The notes under the pieces are model-generated. The model did not search any database. It was not told where the DNA came from and saw only the letters and a list, made by a program, of their open reading frames with translations. The translations under genes and the position numbers were made by a program. Positions 1 through 9,777 of a stretch of DNA of 47,977 bases are shown piece after piece. How positions within the stretch are numbered: the stretch's first letter is position 1; the number at the start of each line of letters is the position of its first letter. The stretch comes from Terriglobales bacterium. GTDB taxonomy: Bacteria > Acidobacteriota > Terriglobia > Terriglobales > Acidobacteriaceae. Where the stretch lies: the NCBI GenBank assembly GCA_035999525.1, contig DASYGR010000089.1, positions 1-47,977 on the forward strand, in the 5' to 3' direction.

Positions 1-980
1 GGATCCGTGAGCGTGACCACGACCTTGAAGTCCTTCGCCTCCTCGTTCGCGGTGGTCTCCTGCGATGTCGCAACCCCGGTCGAGCGCACAATCGCGTTGT
101 CGCCGATTTCTGAGACGACTCCCTTAAATACTTGGTTCGGCATTGCGTCAATGCTCACTTCTGCCGGCTGCCCCAATTTGACGCTCACAATATCAGTTTC
201 ATCCATCTCCACTTCGGCGGTGATCACCGACATGTTGGAGAGCGTCATGAGCGTGCTGCCCGGGGAATTCTGAATTCCAATGACAACCGTTTCGCCCTCT
301 CTGACGGGAAGATTGGTGATGATTCCATCAAACGGGGCCGCATAAGTGGTTTTTTGCAATACGTCGGTGGCGTGGGTCAGATTCGCACCCGCGAGTGAGA
401 TATGTTTTTCGGCAGAATCTTTTTGGGCCTTCGCCTGCGCAACTTTTGCCTCGGACTGCGCCAAGCCCGCCTCGGCGGTCTGCCAGGTTGCCCTCTGCGT
501 GTCGAAGTCTTGCTTGGCGATGAGAGCGTCCTTGTAGAGCGCTTGCGTCCTGTTCCAGTCGAGTCGCGCGCGTTCGACGGTAGCTTTAGCCTGATTCAAG
601 TCCGCTACCGCCGTGTTGAGTGCCGCTTCGGACGCCATTGCGTCGGTCTTGGCAGCGTCCACTGACGCCACATCCGCATTCACATCGGCGGAGGACTGCA
701 CGTTTTCAAGCTGGGCCAGTAATTGCCCTTTCTTAACTCGATCGCCTTCTTTTACGTAAAGATGCGTGATTTTGCCGAACGCGTTGGCGCCGATGTTCAC
801 GTAAGTCTTCGGCTTGATCTCGCCCGACGCGCTGACTACCGATGCCAAATCAACGCGCGCAGCCTTTCCCGTTTGCACTGTAACCAGGTTCTTATGGCTT
901 TGGTGAACAGTGAAGCCCACGATGCATGCCAGCACGACGATTATTCCGCCGGCAATTGCAAATTTTTTCCAAGTCTTCAT
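1..980 (-). CDS. Efflux-pump periplasmic adaptor / membrane fusion protein (HlyD/MacA family). Partial: the C-terminus runs off the left window edge.
   Basis: Not in the supplied ORF track because there is no stop inside the window. Reverse-complement translation from the ATG at 980..978 reads MKTWKKFAIAGGIIVVLACIVGF (N-terminal membrane anchor). It continues GEIKPKTYVNIGANAFGKITHLYVKEGDRVKKGQLLAQLE (typical MFP lipoyl-like motif), then a long Ala/Gln-rich coiled-coil, then YAAPFDGIITNLPVREGE. The frame stays open to base 1. Confidence 0.8.
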   Translation of the reverse strand, partial: MKTWKKFAIAGGIIVVLACIVGFTVHQSHKNLVTVQTGKAARVDLASVVSASGEIKPKTYVNIGANAFGKITHLYVKEGDRVKKGQLLAQLENVQSSADVNADVASVDAAKTDAMASEAALNTAVADLNQAKATVERARLDWNRTQALYKDALIAKQDFDTQRATWQTAEAGLAQSEAKVAQAKAQKDSAEKHISLAGANLTHATDVLQKTTYAAPFDGIITNLPVREGETVVIGIQNSPGSTLMTLSNMSVITAEVEMDETDIVSVKLGQPAEVSIDAMPNQVFKGVVSEIGDNAIVRSTGVATSQETTANEEAKDFKVVVTLTD

Positions 981-1441
981 GATCTGATTTTAGCTTGCCC
1001 TTCCACGCGCTTGCACGCGGTTAACAGTAAAGCACAACGTAAGTTTTCATGCCACGAAGGGCACCCAAGACTTCATTCCGAGATACGACAGCAGCTACGC
1101 GAAAGTTCCCAACCAAGGCAACGCAGAGGCCCGAACTCAAGGAAAAGAAGTAACCTTAAAATTATACCTTGCAGTCCGGTACTTGGGGTTGAGGCGAACC
1201 ATTAGCCCTTCACCACTTCGACCCAGAAAATCGGGCGTTCAGGGCAGGCGAGTTTGCCAGGTAAAATGGAGGAAGTCATTGAGGCGAAACGTTTTGGCTT
1301 GCTTTGTATGGTGTTCTTGAGTCTACGGCTTTATCGCCTGAAGACGAAGGCGGTAGGTCTGAGGCACCTATACCTTGCATCGCCGCATCCGATAGTCATA
1401 GAATTGGTGTTACCAGAGTTGTTTCCAAGGAGTTCCCCCGA

Positions 1442-3187
1442 ATGTTCCGGTCATATTGGCGAAACCGCCTGATTTTATCGGTACTGTGCGCGCCACTAAT
1501 GAGTTTTGGAATCGTGGCTGCTGCCCAACAAGCCAGCGCGGACACCCAAGATACCCCGAAGGAGCCGGGAGTATCGGCCTCCAATCCTGATCAAACGCAA
1601 AGCGATCCGCTAAAGCGCCCGATCAACGATAAGAAGAAAAAGCAGAATGCCAAGTCCCTCAACCAGGAGCTAAGCAAGACCTATAAGAAGTGGCTGGATG
1701 AGGACGTGGTGTACATCATCACGGACGGAGAACGCAAGGCGTTCAAGCAGCTCTCCAATGACGAAGAGCGCGACCAGTTTATCGAGGCTTTCTGGCAACG
1801 GCGCAATCCTAATCCCGACAGCGAAGACAACGAGTTTAAGGACGAGCATTACCGCCGGATCGAGTACGCGAACGACCATTTCGCTGCGGGCATCCCAGGC
1901 TGGCGGACGGATCGTGGTCGTATTTACATAAAGTTTGGACCTGCCGATGAGGTTGATTCTCACCCCTCCGGTGGAACCTACCAGCGTCCAATTGACGAAG
2001 GAGGCGGCGAAACTTCTACATTCCCATTTGAAGACTGGCGTTATCGCCATCTGGATGAAATCGGCGAACAGGTTGAAATCGAATTCGTGGACACGTGCCA
2101 GTGTGGCGATTACCACATGACCATGGACAAGAACGAGAAAGACGCCTTGCTGCACACCCCCAATGCGGGCCTCACAATCTATGAGCAAATGGGAATGACT
2201 TCCAAGGCGAACCGCATAGACAACGGTATCTTTTCCACTGGCATGGATCCAATGGATCCCCAGCAGCAGAACACCAAAGAATTCGACATTCTCGAACAAT
2301 ACGCGAAACTGAACGCACCCCCGCCGGTGAAGTTCAAAGACCTGGAAGAAGTGGTAAAGACAAGAATTAAGTACAATCTGATGCCGTTCGATGTGCGGGC
2401 AGATTTTGTCAAAATTACCGGTGATACCGTTCTGGTTCCAATCACGATCCAGATGAAAAACCGCGACATCACGTTTGTGAACAAGGATGGTGTCGAACTG
2501 GGGACTGTGAACATATTCGGCAGAGTTACGACTTTAGCCGGCCGCACGGCCCAGACTTTCGAGGATACGGTACAAGTGGACGTCCCGGCGGAATTGCTGC
2601 CAAAGTCGGCGGAAAATTCATCGGTCTATTGGAAGGCCCTACCGCTTCGTCCCGGTCGCTATCGCTTCGACATCGTAGTGAAGGACGTGAACGGCGACCG
2701 CAAGGGCACTTGGAGCAAGGGTTTGGTCGTGCCCGATTTTGCGGATGATCGGCTTGACACTTCAACACTCATCGTGGCCGATCAAATGGAACCGGTGGCT
2801 TCAAAAAACGTCGGCACCGGGAGTTTTGTAATTGGATCGACGAAGGTTCGTCCGAGAGTCGCTCCGTCAGACGGTAAGCCGGTGAGTTTTAAGCGCAACC
2901 AGAAACTGAATTTCTGGATGCAGGTATATAATCTTAGCCTTGACGATAAGACCCATAAACCGTCGGCCACTATTGAATACAACGTAGTTGACGCGGCGAC
3001 GAACAAGAATGTAATTCATACCGTGGAATCTACCGAGCATATGGGGAACATTGGCGACCAGATGACTCTGCAGAAGACGCTCTCTGCGTCCAATCTTCCA
3101 CCGGGAATTTATCGGATTCAGATTAAAGTGAATGACAACCTGTCAAAGCAAACAGTGGACCCCTCGGCAACCTTCTCGGTCGAATAG
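1442..3187 (+). CDS. Secreted GWxTD domain-containing protein of unknown function
   Basis: ORF 1304..3187. I prefer ATG 1442 because MFRSYWRNRLILSVLCAPLMSFGIVAAAQQASA is a signal peptide and AAGGAG lies about 10 nt upstream. The literal GWRTD motif (GIPGWRTDRGRIYIKFGPADE) is encoded at 1898..1912. Confidence 0.8.
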   Translation: MFRSYWRNRLILSVLCAPLMSFGIVAAAQQASADTQDTPKEPGVSASNPDQTQSDPLKRPINDKKKKQNAKSLNQELSKTYKKWLDEDVVYIITDGERKAFKQLSNDEERDQFIEAFWQRRNPNPDSEDNEFKDEHYRRIEYANDHFAAGIPGWRTDRGRIYIKFGPADEVDSHPSGGTYQRPIDEGGGETSTFPFEDWRYRHLDEIGEQVEIEFVDTCQCGDYHMTMDKNEKDALLHTPNAGLTIYEQMGMTSKANRIDNGIFSTGMDPMDPQQQNTKEFDILEQYAKLNAPPPVKFKDLEEVVKTRIKYNLMPFDVRADFVKITGDTVLVPITIQMKNRDITFVNKDGVELGTVNIFGRVTTLAGRTAQTFEDTVQVDVPAELLPKSAENSSVYWKALPLRPGRYRFDIVVKDVNGDRKGTWSKGLVVPDFADDRLDTSTLIVADQMEPVASKNVGTGSFVIGSTKVRPRVAPSDGKPVSFKRNQKLNFWMQVYNLSLDDKTHKPSATIEYNVVDAATNKNVIHTVESTEHMGNIGDQMTLQKTLSASNLPPGIYRIQIKVNDNLSKQTVDPSATFSVE

Positions 3188-3212
3188 GGGCGAGCAGAAA
3201 GGCGGGATTGGC

Positions 3213-4889
3213 ATGCTTCGTAAGCTTGGCTGTTTTCTAATTGCCTGTGGCCTTGTGCTCCCGGCGTACGCTGCGGACAGGTCCGGTTCCATATCTGGGT
3301 ACGTGCGAAGTTCTGCGGGTGCGCCCCAGATGGGTGCCGTCGTGGAAGTGATTGGCTCGGCGATGCAAAGCTTGAAAGTGTTCACTGACGAGAAGGGGTT
3401 TTACTCAGCCGCTGGCTTACAGCCCGGCTTCTATAGCATTAGCGTTTCCGCGCCTTCTTTCCTTACCGCCGAACATCAAGAGGTCGGGTTGCGTGCGGGC
3501 TCAATCTTGATACTGAACGTGACTTTAAGCACACTATTCGATTCGGTTCGCTTGGCTCCTAGACGAGGCGCCAGCGACCAAGACGATTGGAAATGGGTTC
3601 TGCGCTCGGCGGCGAACCGTCCGATTCTGAGGGCGTTAGATCCCAGCTCCGGAGCCGTACGCGAGTCGAGCGAGAATCACGATCTTAGCGGCACCTTGTC
3701 ATTCCTGGCAGGCTCCCCCTCAGAAGGTTTTGGCAGTTCTTCCGATATGGGCACCGGGTTCTCTATACAGCGATCTCTTTTCAGCGACGGGACTGTGGCG
3801 TTTCGCGGAAACGTCGGATATGGCCAGGTCACTCCAGCCACGGTCTTGAGGGCATCGTACAGCCGAAAAATGGAAAACGGTTCGGAGCCACGATTGGCTA
3901 TAACGTACCGCAACCTGGCTTCGCCCGATGCACGCTTGCCCGGGGCGGCCTTGCAGGCGCTCGCTCTGACGACTTCGGACAATTTGACTCTCGGCAATCT
4001 GGAACTCAATTTCGGTAGCGAGATGCAGACGGTCCAGTTTATGGGCCGGGTAAGCGTGGTTCGCCCATTCGGCAGCGCTGATTTTCATGTTTCTCCCGAT
4101 ACTGTTGTGGAATATCAATATGCTACTTCGCTGCCGGGCAGTGGAAATGAATTCCGCGATTTTGGCTCTTCACCTGAGGGGCTCGATGATTCCACACCTC
4201 GCATGAGCGTTGCGGGGTTTTCTCCAGCACTCCAACACGCGCATCACCAGGAAGTTTCAGTTTCCCATCGCTCGGGCAAGAATAATATGCAGTTTGCGGT
4301 GTATTCAGATCGAGTGTCTGATCCGGCGCTCATCGGTGTGGGCGACCCCTCTGCCGATAGCGGTCAGGTACTTCCCGATATTCTCTCCGGGACGTTTACT
4401 TATCGCGGCAAAAATCTCGACACTCACGGCGCGCGGGTTGTGTTTCAACGGAAGTTGACCTCGGACGTTACCGCGACGATGGACTACAGTTATGGCGGGG
4501 TTCTTGATTTGGGAGAGAATGCCACACTGGCTGACGCCAGGCAACTGAGCCTGGTTCATAATCGTCACAGCGCGACCATAAAGATGAGCGGGACGGTCCC
4601 TGCCAGCAAGTCGCGTTGGATTGCGTCCTATGGCTGGGTGAGCGGCAGGGCGCTAACGCCGGTGGATTTGTTCAACACATCCGCAGGACGCGCAGATCCA
4701 TTTTTTGATGTATTTTTCCGCCAACCACTGCCTGGCACAGGTTTCATACCTGAACATATTGAAGCGCTGCTTGAAGTGAGAAACCTGCTGGCTCAGGGAT
4801 ATGTCCCTGTCCTCGGAAGCGACGGCAAAACAGTTTATCTGGTTCAATCCGCCCGCACGGTACGCGGCGGTCTTGCGTTCAGCTTTTAG
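3213..4889 (+). CDS. CarboxypepD_reg-like domain protein, probable outer-membrane beta-barrel
   Basis: ORF 3132..4889. ATG 3213 gives the signal peptide [21 protein letters not shown]. The N-terminal segment [22 protein letters not shown]...[12 protein letters not shown] looks like a carboxypeptidase-regulatory fold. The rest is long, Ser/Gly/aromatic-rich and strand-like, and ends in ...GGLAFSF (terminal Phe typical of OM barrels). The gene starts 25 nt after the GWxTD gene. Confidence 0.65.
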   Translation: MLRKLGCFLIACGLVLPAYAADRSGSISGYVRSSAGAPQMGAVVEVIGSAMQSLKVFTDEKGFYSAAGLQPGFYSISVSAPSFLTAEHQEVGLRAGSILILNVTLSTLFDSVRLAPRRGASDQDDWKWVLRSAANRPILRALDPSSGAVRESSENHDLSGTLSFLAGSPSEGFGSSSDMGTGFSIQRSLFSDGTVAFRGNVGYGQVTPATVLRASYSRKMENGSEPRLAITYRNLASPDARLPGAALQALALTTSDNLTLGNLELNFGSEMQTVQFMGRVSVVRPFGSADFHVSPDTVVEYQYATSLPGSGNEFRDFGSSPEGLDDSTPRMSVAGFSPALQHAHHQEVSVSHRSGKNNMQFAVYSDRVSDPALIGVGDPSADSGQVLPDILSGTFTYRGKNLDTHGARVVFQRKLTSDVTATMDYSYGGVLDLGENATLADARQLSLVHNRHSATIKMSGTVPASKSRWIASYGWVSGRALTPVDLFNTSAGRADPFFDVFFRQPLPGTGFIPEHIEALLEVRNLLAQGYVPVLGSDGKTVYLVQSARTVRGGLAFSF

Positions 4890-5044
4890 GTGAGTCATCA
4901 TCCCGCTTATGTTCTTCTCTTCCCTTCCCTTATTCGAAGAGTCCGCCGTTCTGTGATTTGACCGCCACGTCCCTTTCTGGGCTCAAATCGAGATCCGAAA
5001 TCGATAATAATTGCCGAACATCCAATCGGGAGGAAAGTTACAGA

Positions 5045-5392
5045 ATGTTAGTCAAGTTAATGAAATCGAAAATTCACCGCGCAACGGTGACTCGTGCCGA
5101 TCTTAATTACGAGGGCAGCATTGCGATGGATGCTGTGCTCCTGGAGGCGGCCGGCCTTCTGCCGGGAGAAGCGGTTCACGTGTGGAACGTGAATAATGGG
5201 GAACGATTTGAAACCTATGCGTTACCTTTGGCGAGGGGATCAGGCGAAATATGCGTGAATGGTGCCGCATCGCGCCTGGTGCAGTTGGGAGATTTGGTGA
5301 TTATCACTGCTTTTTGCTGGCTCGAAGAAAAAGAAGCTCGCAACTACGTCAGCAAAGTTGTTCTTGTGGATGAAACAAATCGCCCAGCGTAA
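5045..5392 (+). CDS. panD: Aspartate 1-decarboxylase (pyruvoyl-dependent)
   Basis: [29 protein letters not shown]... contains the conserved [10 protein letters not shown] motif and the YEG-S self-processing site. GGGAGGAAAG lies upstream of ATG 5045. The upstream extension of the track ORF (4958) is not needed. Confidence 0.93.
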   Translation: MLVKLMKSKIHRATVTRADLNYEGSIAMDAVLLEAAGLLPGEAVHVWNVNNGERFETYALPLARGSGEICVNGAASRLVQLGDLVIITAFCWLEEKEARNYVSKVVLVDETNRPA

Positions 5393-5408
5393 CCGAGCGT
5401 CCCTCCAG

Positions 5409-5428
5409 CGCTAAACTTTTAGCGTTTT
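5409..5428 (+). terminator. Weak candidate intrinsic terminator after panD
   Basis: CGCTAA (5409..5414) pairs with TTAGCG (5419..5424) across a 4-nt loop and is followed by TTTT (5425..5428). The stem is short and AT-rich, and it overlaps the stop codon of the convergent receiver gene. Confidence 0.25.
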
Positions 5429-5784
5429 ACAAGGCTCGCAATCATGCTAAGAAAGTCCTCAACTGGCTCCATCTTGCTCAAGAAACAATTTGCATCCCCT
5501 AAATGTTCAGGCATTACAGCCGAATAGAGGATTATAGGGACCTTGGGCTTAATCTTTCTAATCTCTTTGGCCAATTCTGTCCCACTCGCATCTCCAAGCA
5601 TGTGGTCAGAAATGACCAGAGAAACAGGAGAATGCCGGAGCATGTCGAGTGCTTCAATGCCCGTCGTTGCGCCCAGCACCGAATAACCATTTTGCTCCAG
5701 GACGGCACGTCGCAAGCGAAGATACGCTTTATTGTCCTCTATACACAGGATGACCGGTTTACCGGAATTGAGCGCTACGCGCAT
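5419..5784 (-). CDS. Stand-alone response regulator receiver (CheY-like) protein
   Basis: The 121-aa product has ILCIEDN (acidic pocket), LVISDHMLGDASG (phospho-acceptor Asp context), PIILYSA and SKMEP. There is no output domain. Confidence 0.85.
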   Translation of the reverse strand: MRVALNSGKPVILCIEDNKAYLRLRRAVLEQNGYSVLGATTGIEALDMLRHSPVSLVISDHMLGDASGTELAKEIRKIKPKVPIILYSAVMPEHLGDANCFLSKMEPVEDFLSMIASLVKR

Positions 5785-5947
5785 GGATCACCAGAGCAAG
5801 CCGTGAGTTATCAGTTGGAGGCCAGTCTGGCTGCTGGGCAGCTAATAAGGGACGGAGGCAAACAGTATGTCACCAATCATGACTGATCGTCAAATGCGGG
5901 TGCCATCCAAGGTTCAGCTTCACAGAATTCTGATCCGGAGCGTTTCC

Positions 5948-6640
5948 TTACTTTTCTGCACGCCCCAAGCAGCCTGCGCGAAATGAACGGTCGTCTAACC
6001 GGTGCAGCCTTTTCGCCATTCCGGAAGCGAGCAGCGGGTAGTGATGGATCTCGAATAAATATTCCGCGATGAACCATAAGGGCTTCTCGGTCGTCATCCA
6101 ATGAAAATGGTCGAAGCGCGTGAGATTTACCGGACGCGAAAAAGTGCGTAGCGAACGTTCGCGGCGAAGATTAAAGTAGACATCGAAATAGCTTAGCGCG
6201 AGTTCTCTCAGCGTACGGTAAACAGGTTCCCGATAGCGGCATCCTGTGTAATTGGACTTCGCCACCGCACCCCAGTGACCGCCGGAACGATAAATTGCGA
6301 TCACGTGGTCCGTATCATTTTCAGCCTCGAGATCGAGAATCAGCGGAGGATACCCGTTCGCCCGGAGCGCGGCGGCCGCAAATGTTGCGCCCTCAAAACA
6401 ATGAGCGGTACTTTCATTCAGAACCCGGCGGGGGGACCAGGCTGTATTCGCAAGGTGATAAGGCATGGCGTCAAGAGATCGCTGGATGCCATAGGGGCTT
6501 TTTAGACTGCGGATTTTGCGTAGTTCTGCTGGTGTGAAGGCGGGATGGGAGTCCGTCATTTCTAAAGCAGTGTATCTGATTCGTTGCGCGGGGCGATGGA
6601 GAGACCCGTCACCGTTAACGTTACTCAAATAATTCTGCAA
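5948..6640 (-). CDS. Hypothetical protein with a transglutaminase-like / papain-like cysteine peptidase fold
   Basis: STAHCFEGATFAAAALRANGYPPLILDL....DHVIAIYRSGGHWGAV resembles the Cys...His core of transglutaminase-like enzymes. The start is uncertain. TTG 6640 overlaps the upstream HAD gene by 20 nt. ATG 6559 (MTDSHPAF) is the alternative. Confidence 0.55.
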   Translation of the reverse strand: MQNYLSNVNGDGSLHRPAQRIRYTALEMTDSHPAFTPAELRKIRSLKSPYGIQRSLDAMPYHLANTAWSPRRVLNESTAHCFEGATFAAAALRANGYPPLILDLEAENDTDHVIAIYRSGGHWGAVAKSNYTGCRYREPVYRTLRELALSYFDVYFNLRRERSLRTFSRPVNLTRFDHFHWMTTEKPLWFIAEYLFEIHHYPLLASGMAKRLHRLDDRSFRAGCLGRAEK

Positions 6641-7307
6641 GCTCCTGCGGCTCGTCTACTAGAACGTCGGGCGGAGCAATGCCAAAGGTTTGCGGAGCAA
6701 AGCCATAAGTGACGCCACAGGTCCAGATTCCGGCGTTGCGTCCAGTCACGATATCAACGGACGAATCGCCAATAATGATTGAGTTGCTGGTATTACGACC
6801 CGTCTCTCTCAAAAGAGTGTTTACGCCCAGCGGATCAGGCTTCTTCGTCGTAAAGCTGTTCCCGCCATACACGGCGACGAAGAAATCACCCAATCCGAGT
6901 GCGCTCACGATCGCGCGAGCCGGAAGAACAGGCTTGTTTGTGAGCACTGCCATCTGGCGGGCAGAGCCATTGGAGCTACGAATCTGGCTTAATGCACTCT
7001 TGATGCCGGGGTACTCCACGGTGTAGTCGAGCTTATGCTGGCGATAATAAGAAAGAAAAAATTCCAGGCCCTGCTTGAAAAAATCCTCATCGGCAGGGTC
7101 GCCAAGTGCACGGCGAACCAGCGTGGATACGCCATCTCCAACATAAGAAGCCACAACGTCGCCGGGCAATTCGGCGAGGTTGAAGTGACGCAACATCGCG
7201 TTGACAGAGTGGATCAAATCGAGGCGGGAATCAATTAGCGTGCCGTCCAAATCGAAGATTAAGAGCCCAATCTGGCTGGGATCGAACTTTCGATTAAACT
7301 TGATCAT
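6621..7307 (-). CDS. HAD-superfamily hydrolase, phosphoglycolate phosphatase-like
   Basis: HAD motif I is LLIFDLDGTLIDS. Downstream there are VLTNKP and GDSSVDIVTGRNAG (motifs II to IV). Confidence 0.85.
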   Translation of the reverse strand: MIKFNRKFDPSQIGLLIFDLDGTLIDSRLDLIHSVNAMLRHFNLAELPGDVVASYVGDGVSTLVRRALGDPADEDFFKQGLEFFLSYYRQHKLDYTVEYPGIKSALSQIRSSNGSARQMAVLTNKPVLPARAIVSALGLGDFFVAVYGGNSFTTKKPDPLGVNTLLRETGRNTSNSIIIGDSSVDIVTGRNAGIWTCGVTYGFAPQTFGIAPPDVLVDEPQELAELFE

Positions 7308-7323
7308 TCTTCAATGCGCTGGC

Positions 7324-7351
7324 TTGACCTATACGGCTAATCCAGTATATT
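7324..7351 (+). promoter_or_regulatory. Candidate sigma-70-type promoter for the E1 alpha/beta gene
   Basis: TTGACC (7324..7329), 16 nt spacer, TATATT (7346..7351), about 60 nt upstream of ATG 7413. A GAGGGAG Shine-Dalgarno lies at 7401..7407. This is a pattern match only. Confidence 0.3.
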
Positions 7352-7412
7352 CGGAACCGCCTCGCTAGATTTACAATGCATAAGGTTCGCACTGCACAAT
7401 GAGGGAGCCTGA

Positions 7413-9707
7413 ATGGCTACCATGAAGGCAACTCCGAAATCCGCCGGGATTACCGATGTCGGCGTCACAAACACCGGGACCGCAAGCGCTAGCGTTAAAG
7501 ATGCTGGACTTCCGGGAAATGGAGTTCAAAGCAACGTGCGGCGCATTACAAGAAATTACGAAGGCCTGTCTCGCGATCAGTTGATTGACGCCTACCGGAT
7601 TATGTACACGTCCAGGCGTATTGACGACCGGGAGATCATGCTGAAGCGCCAGCAGAAGATCTTTTTTCAGATTTCAGGCGCAGGTCACGAGGCGGTCGGA
7701 GTTGCAGCGGCGTTTGCAATGAGAGCCGGCTATGACTGGTTCTATCCATACTATCGTGACCGTGCCCTTTGTTTAGCTCTGGGAGCAACGCCATACGAAA
7801 TGTTGCTGCAAGGTGTCGGCGCTGCGGATGATCCCAGTTCTGGCGGGAGGCAGATGCCTTCGCACTGGAGCTATCCGCAGCTGAACATCGTTACCGGTTC
7901 GTCTCCAACCGGGACCCAGATTCTTCAAGCCGTCGGTTGCGCCGAAGTTGGACGGTATCTCTCGACTCATCCCAATGCGGGGAAAAAAGTGAACGGCGAC
8001 TATCGTCAGTTCAAAGAGATTCTGTCTCATGAAGATGAATTGACACTGGTTTCGCTAGGCGATGGCACAACCAGCGAAGGAGAGTTTTGGGAGTCTCTAA
8101 ATACCGCATCGAATCAGAAACTGCCAATCATCTTCCTGGTTGAGGATAACGGATACGCAATTTCCGTCCCCGTAGAAGTGCAAACGCCAGGAGGAAACAT
8201 CTCGCGGTTAGTCGCAAACTTTCCTCATTTCCATTTTGAAGAAATAGATGGCACGGACCCGGTCGCGGCCTATGCAGCCTTTGTTCGTACTGTTAGCTAT
8301 TGCCGGGCCGGCAACGGACCCGCATTTGTCCATGCGCATGTCATTCGCCCGTATTCTCATTCGCTCTCGGACGATGAGCGCCTGTATCGAGCTGACGCCG
8401 AGCGTGAGCGGGACGCAGCTCGCGACCCGGTACCGCAAACGCAACTGTTCCTGATAAGAGAAGGCATTCTCGACGAAAAGGGCATCACTGATCTTGAAAA
8501 GAAAGTGGATGATGATTTGCAAATTGCGGTGGATCGGGCGCTGGGCGCGTCGTTTCCAGATCCCAATACGGTCGAACACTACGTTTATTCGCCGAACATG
8601 GATCCGACTTCGGCCAATTTCGACACTCCGGCAGCAGCGATTTCTTCAGATATCCGGCCGGATGCAAAAAAGCTTGTTCCCAAGACGATGGCCGATCTTA
8701 TCAACACCACGCTGCGCGATGAAATGAAACGGGATGAGCGTGTCATTGTCTTCGGCGAAGATGTGGCGGATTGCAGCCGGGAACAATATTTGAAACAAAA
8801 AATGGTGAAAGGCAAAGGAGGAGTTTTCAAGCTTACGTCCGGTCTCCAATGCGACTTTGGATCAGACCGGGTTTTTAATTCTCCGCTTGCGGAAGCAAAT
8901 ATCGTGGGCCGCGCCACCGGAATGGCAACCCGGGGACTTAAGCCGGTGGTGGAAATTCAGTTCTTCGATTACATCTGGCCGGCGATGATGCAGTTGCGAA
9001 ACGAATTGCCAGTCATACGGTGGCGATCAAACAACGGATTTTCTGCGCCGCTGGTGATTCGGGTCGCGATTGGCGGATATCTTACGGGAGGGGCCATCTA
9101 TCACTCTCAATGCGGCGAGAGTGCTTTTACTCATATTCCCGGTTTGCGGGTGGTTTTTCCTTCGAATGCGCTTGATGCTGCTGGATTGTTACGAACGGCG
9201 ATTCGCTGTGACGATCCCGTGCTATTTCTCGAACATAAGCGGCTATATCGGGAGACCTATGGACGCGCCGTCGATCCGGGACCGGAATACATGATTCCAT
9301 TCGGTAAAGCGCGAGTCGTCCAGGCGGGAACGGATTTGTCCGTCATTACGTATGGGGCGGTTGTCCCGAGGGCTCTTCAAGCAGCGCAAAAGCTGGAACG
9401 GGAGCATGGGATCAAAGTCGAAATCCTCGATCTGCGATGCCTGAATCCTTTTGACTGGGAAGCGATTTCCACTTCCGTACAAAAAACCAATCGCGCACTG
9501 GTAGCGTATGAAGATACTTTGAGCTGGGGATATGGTGCCGAAATCGCCGCCAGAATCGCCGATCAGATGTTCGAACATTTGGATGCCCCGGTTCGGCGCC
9601 TGGCAGCGAAAGACGTATACGTTGCGTACCAGCCCATCCTCGAAAATGCCATCCTGCCACAAGTCTCGGATCTTTATGGCGCAATGAAACAGCTCGCCGA
9701 ATATTGA
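7413..9707 (+). CDS. Thiamine-diphosphate-dependent 2-oxoacid dehydrogenase E1 component, fused alpha and beta subunits (branched-chain/pyruvate type)
   Basis: 764 aa. The N-terminal half has the E1-alpha TPP motif [17 protein letters not shown]...[12 protein letters not shown]. The C-terminal half is E1-beta/transketolase-like (VFGEDVA..., [35 protein letters not shown]). Confidence 0.9.
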   Translation: MATMKATPKSAGITDVGVTNTGTASASVKDAGLPGNGVQSNVRRITRNYEGLSRDQLIDAYRIMYTSRRIDDREIMLKRQQKIFFQISGAGHEAVGVAAAFAMRAGYDWFYPYYRDRALCLALGATPYEMLLQGVGAADDPSSGGRQMPSHWSYPQLNIVTGSSPTGTQILQAVGCAEVGRYLSTHPNAGKKVNGDYRQFKEILSHEDELTLVSLGDGTTSEGEFWESLNTASNQKLPIIFLVEDNGYAISVPVEVQTPGGNISRLVANFPHFHFEEIDGTDPVAAYAAFVRTVSYCRAGNGPAFVHAHVIRPYSHSLSDDERLYRADAERERDAARDPVPQTQLFLIREGILDEKGITDLEKKVDDDLQIAVDRALGASFPDPNTVEHYVYSPNMDPTSANFDTPAAAISSDIRPDAKKLVPKTMADLINTTLRDEMKRDERVIVFGEDVADCSREQYLKQKMVKGKGGVFKLTSGLQCDFGSDRVFNSPLAEANIVGRATGMATRGLKPVVEIQFFDYIWPAMMQLRNELPVIRWRSNNGFSAPLVIRVAIGGYLTGGAIYHSQCGESAFTHIPGLRVVFPSNALDAAGLLRTAIRCDDPVLFLEHKRLYRETYGRAVDPGPEYMIPFGKARVVQAGTDLSVITYGAVVPRALQAAQKLEREHGIKVEILDLRCLNPFDWEAISTSVQKTNRALVAYEDTLSWGYGAEIAARIADQMFEHLDAPVRRLAAKDVYVAYQPILENAILPQVSDLYGAMKQLAEY

Positions 9708-9715
9708 TGCGTCTC

Positions 9716-9743
9716 AAAAAAAGGCCCGGCGGAAAGCCGGGCC
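9716..9743 (-). terminator. Rho-independent terminator of the Big_2 lipoprotein gene, lying between convergent genes
   Basis: A perfect 8-bp GC stem, GGCCCGGC (9723..9730) with GCCGGGCC (9736..9743), has a 5-nt loop. Read on the minus strand it is followed by T7 (9716..9722). It lies 35 nt past the minus-strand stop and 9 nt past the plus-strand stop. Confidence 0.8.
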
Positions 9744-9777
9744 ATAACCACTCTGCACTAAAATCTGCGCCTGCTTG

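Noticed and set aside
1-6. The window begins exactly with GGATCC (a BamHI site).
   Set aside because: This probably reflects a cloning or record boundary rather than biology. The right end shows no matching site.
1349-1356. GGCGGTAG octamer, the core of the RfaH ops/JUMPstart element, in the leader of the GWxTD gene.
   Set aside because: An 8-mer is expected about once by chance in 2 x 48 kb. The downstream bases (GTCTG) do not fit the extended ops consensus GGCGGTAGnnTG. It is not upstream of the polysaccharide operon, and RfaH-type usage is not established outside Proteobacteria-like systems.
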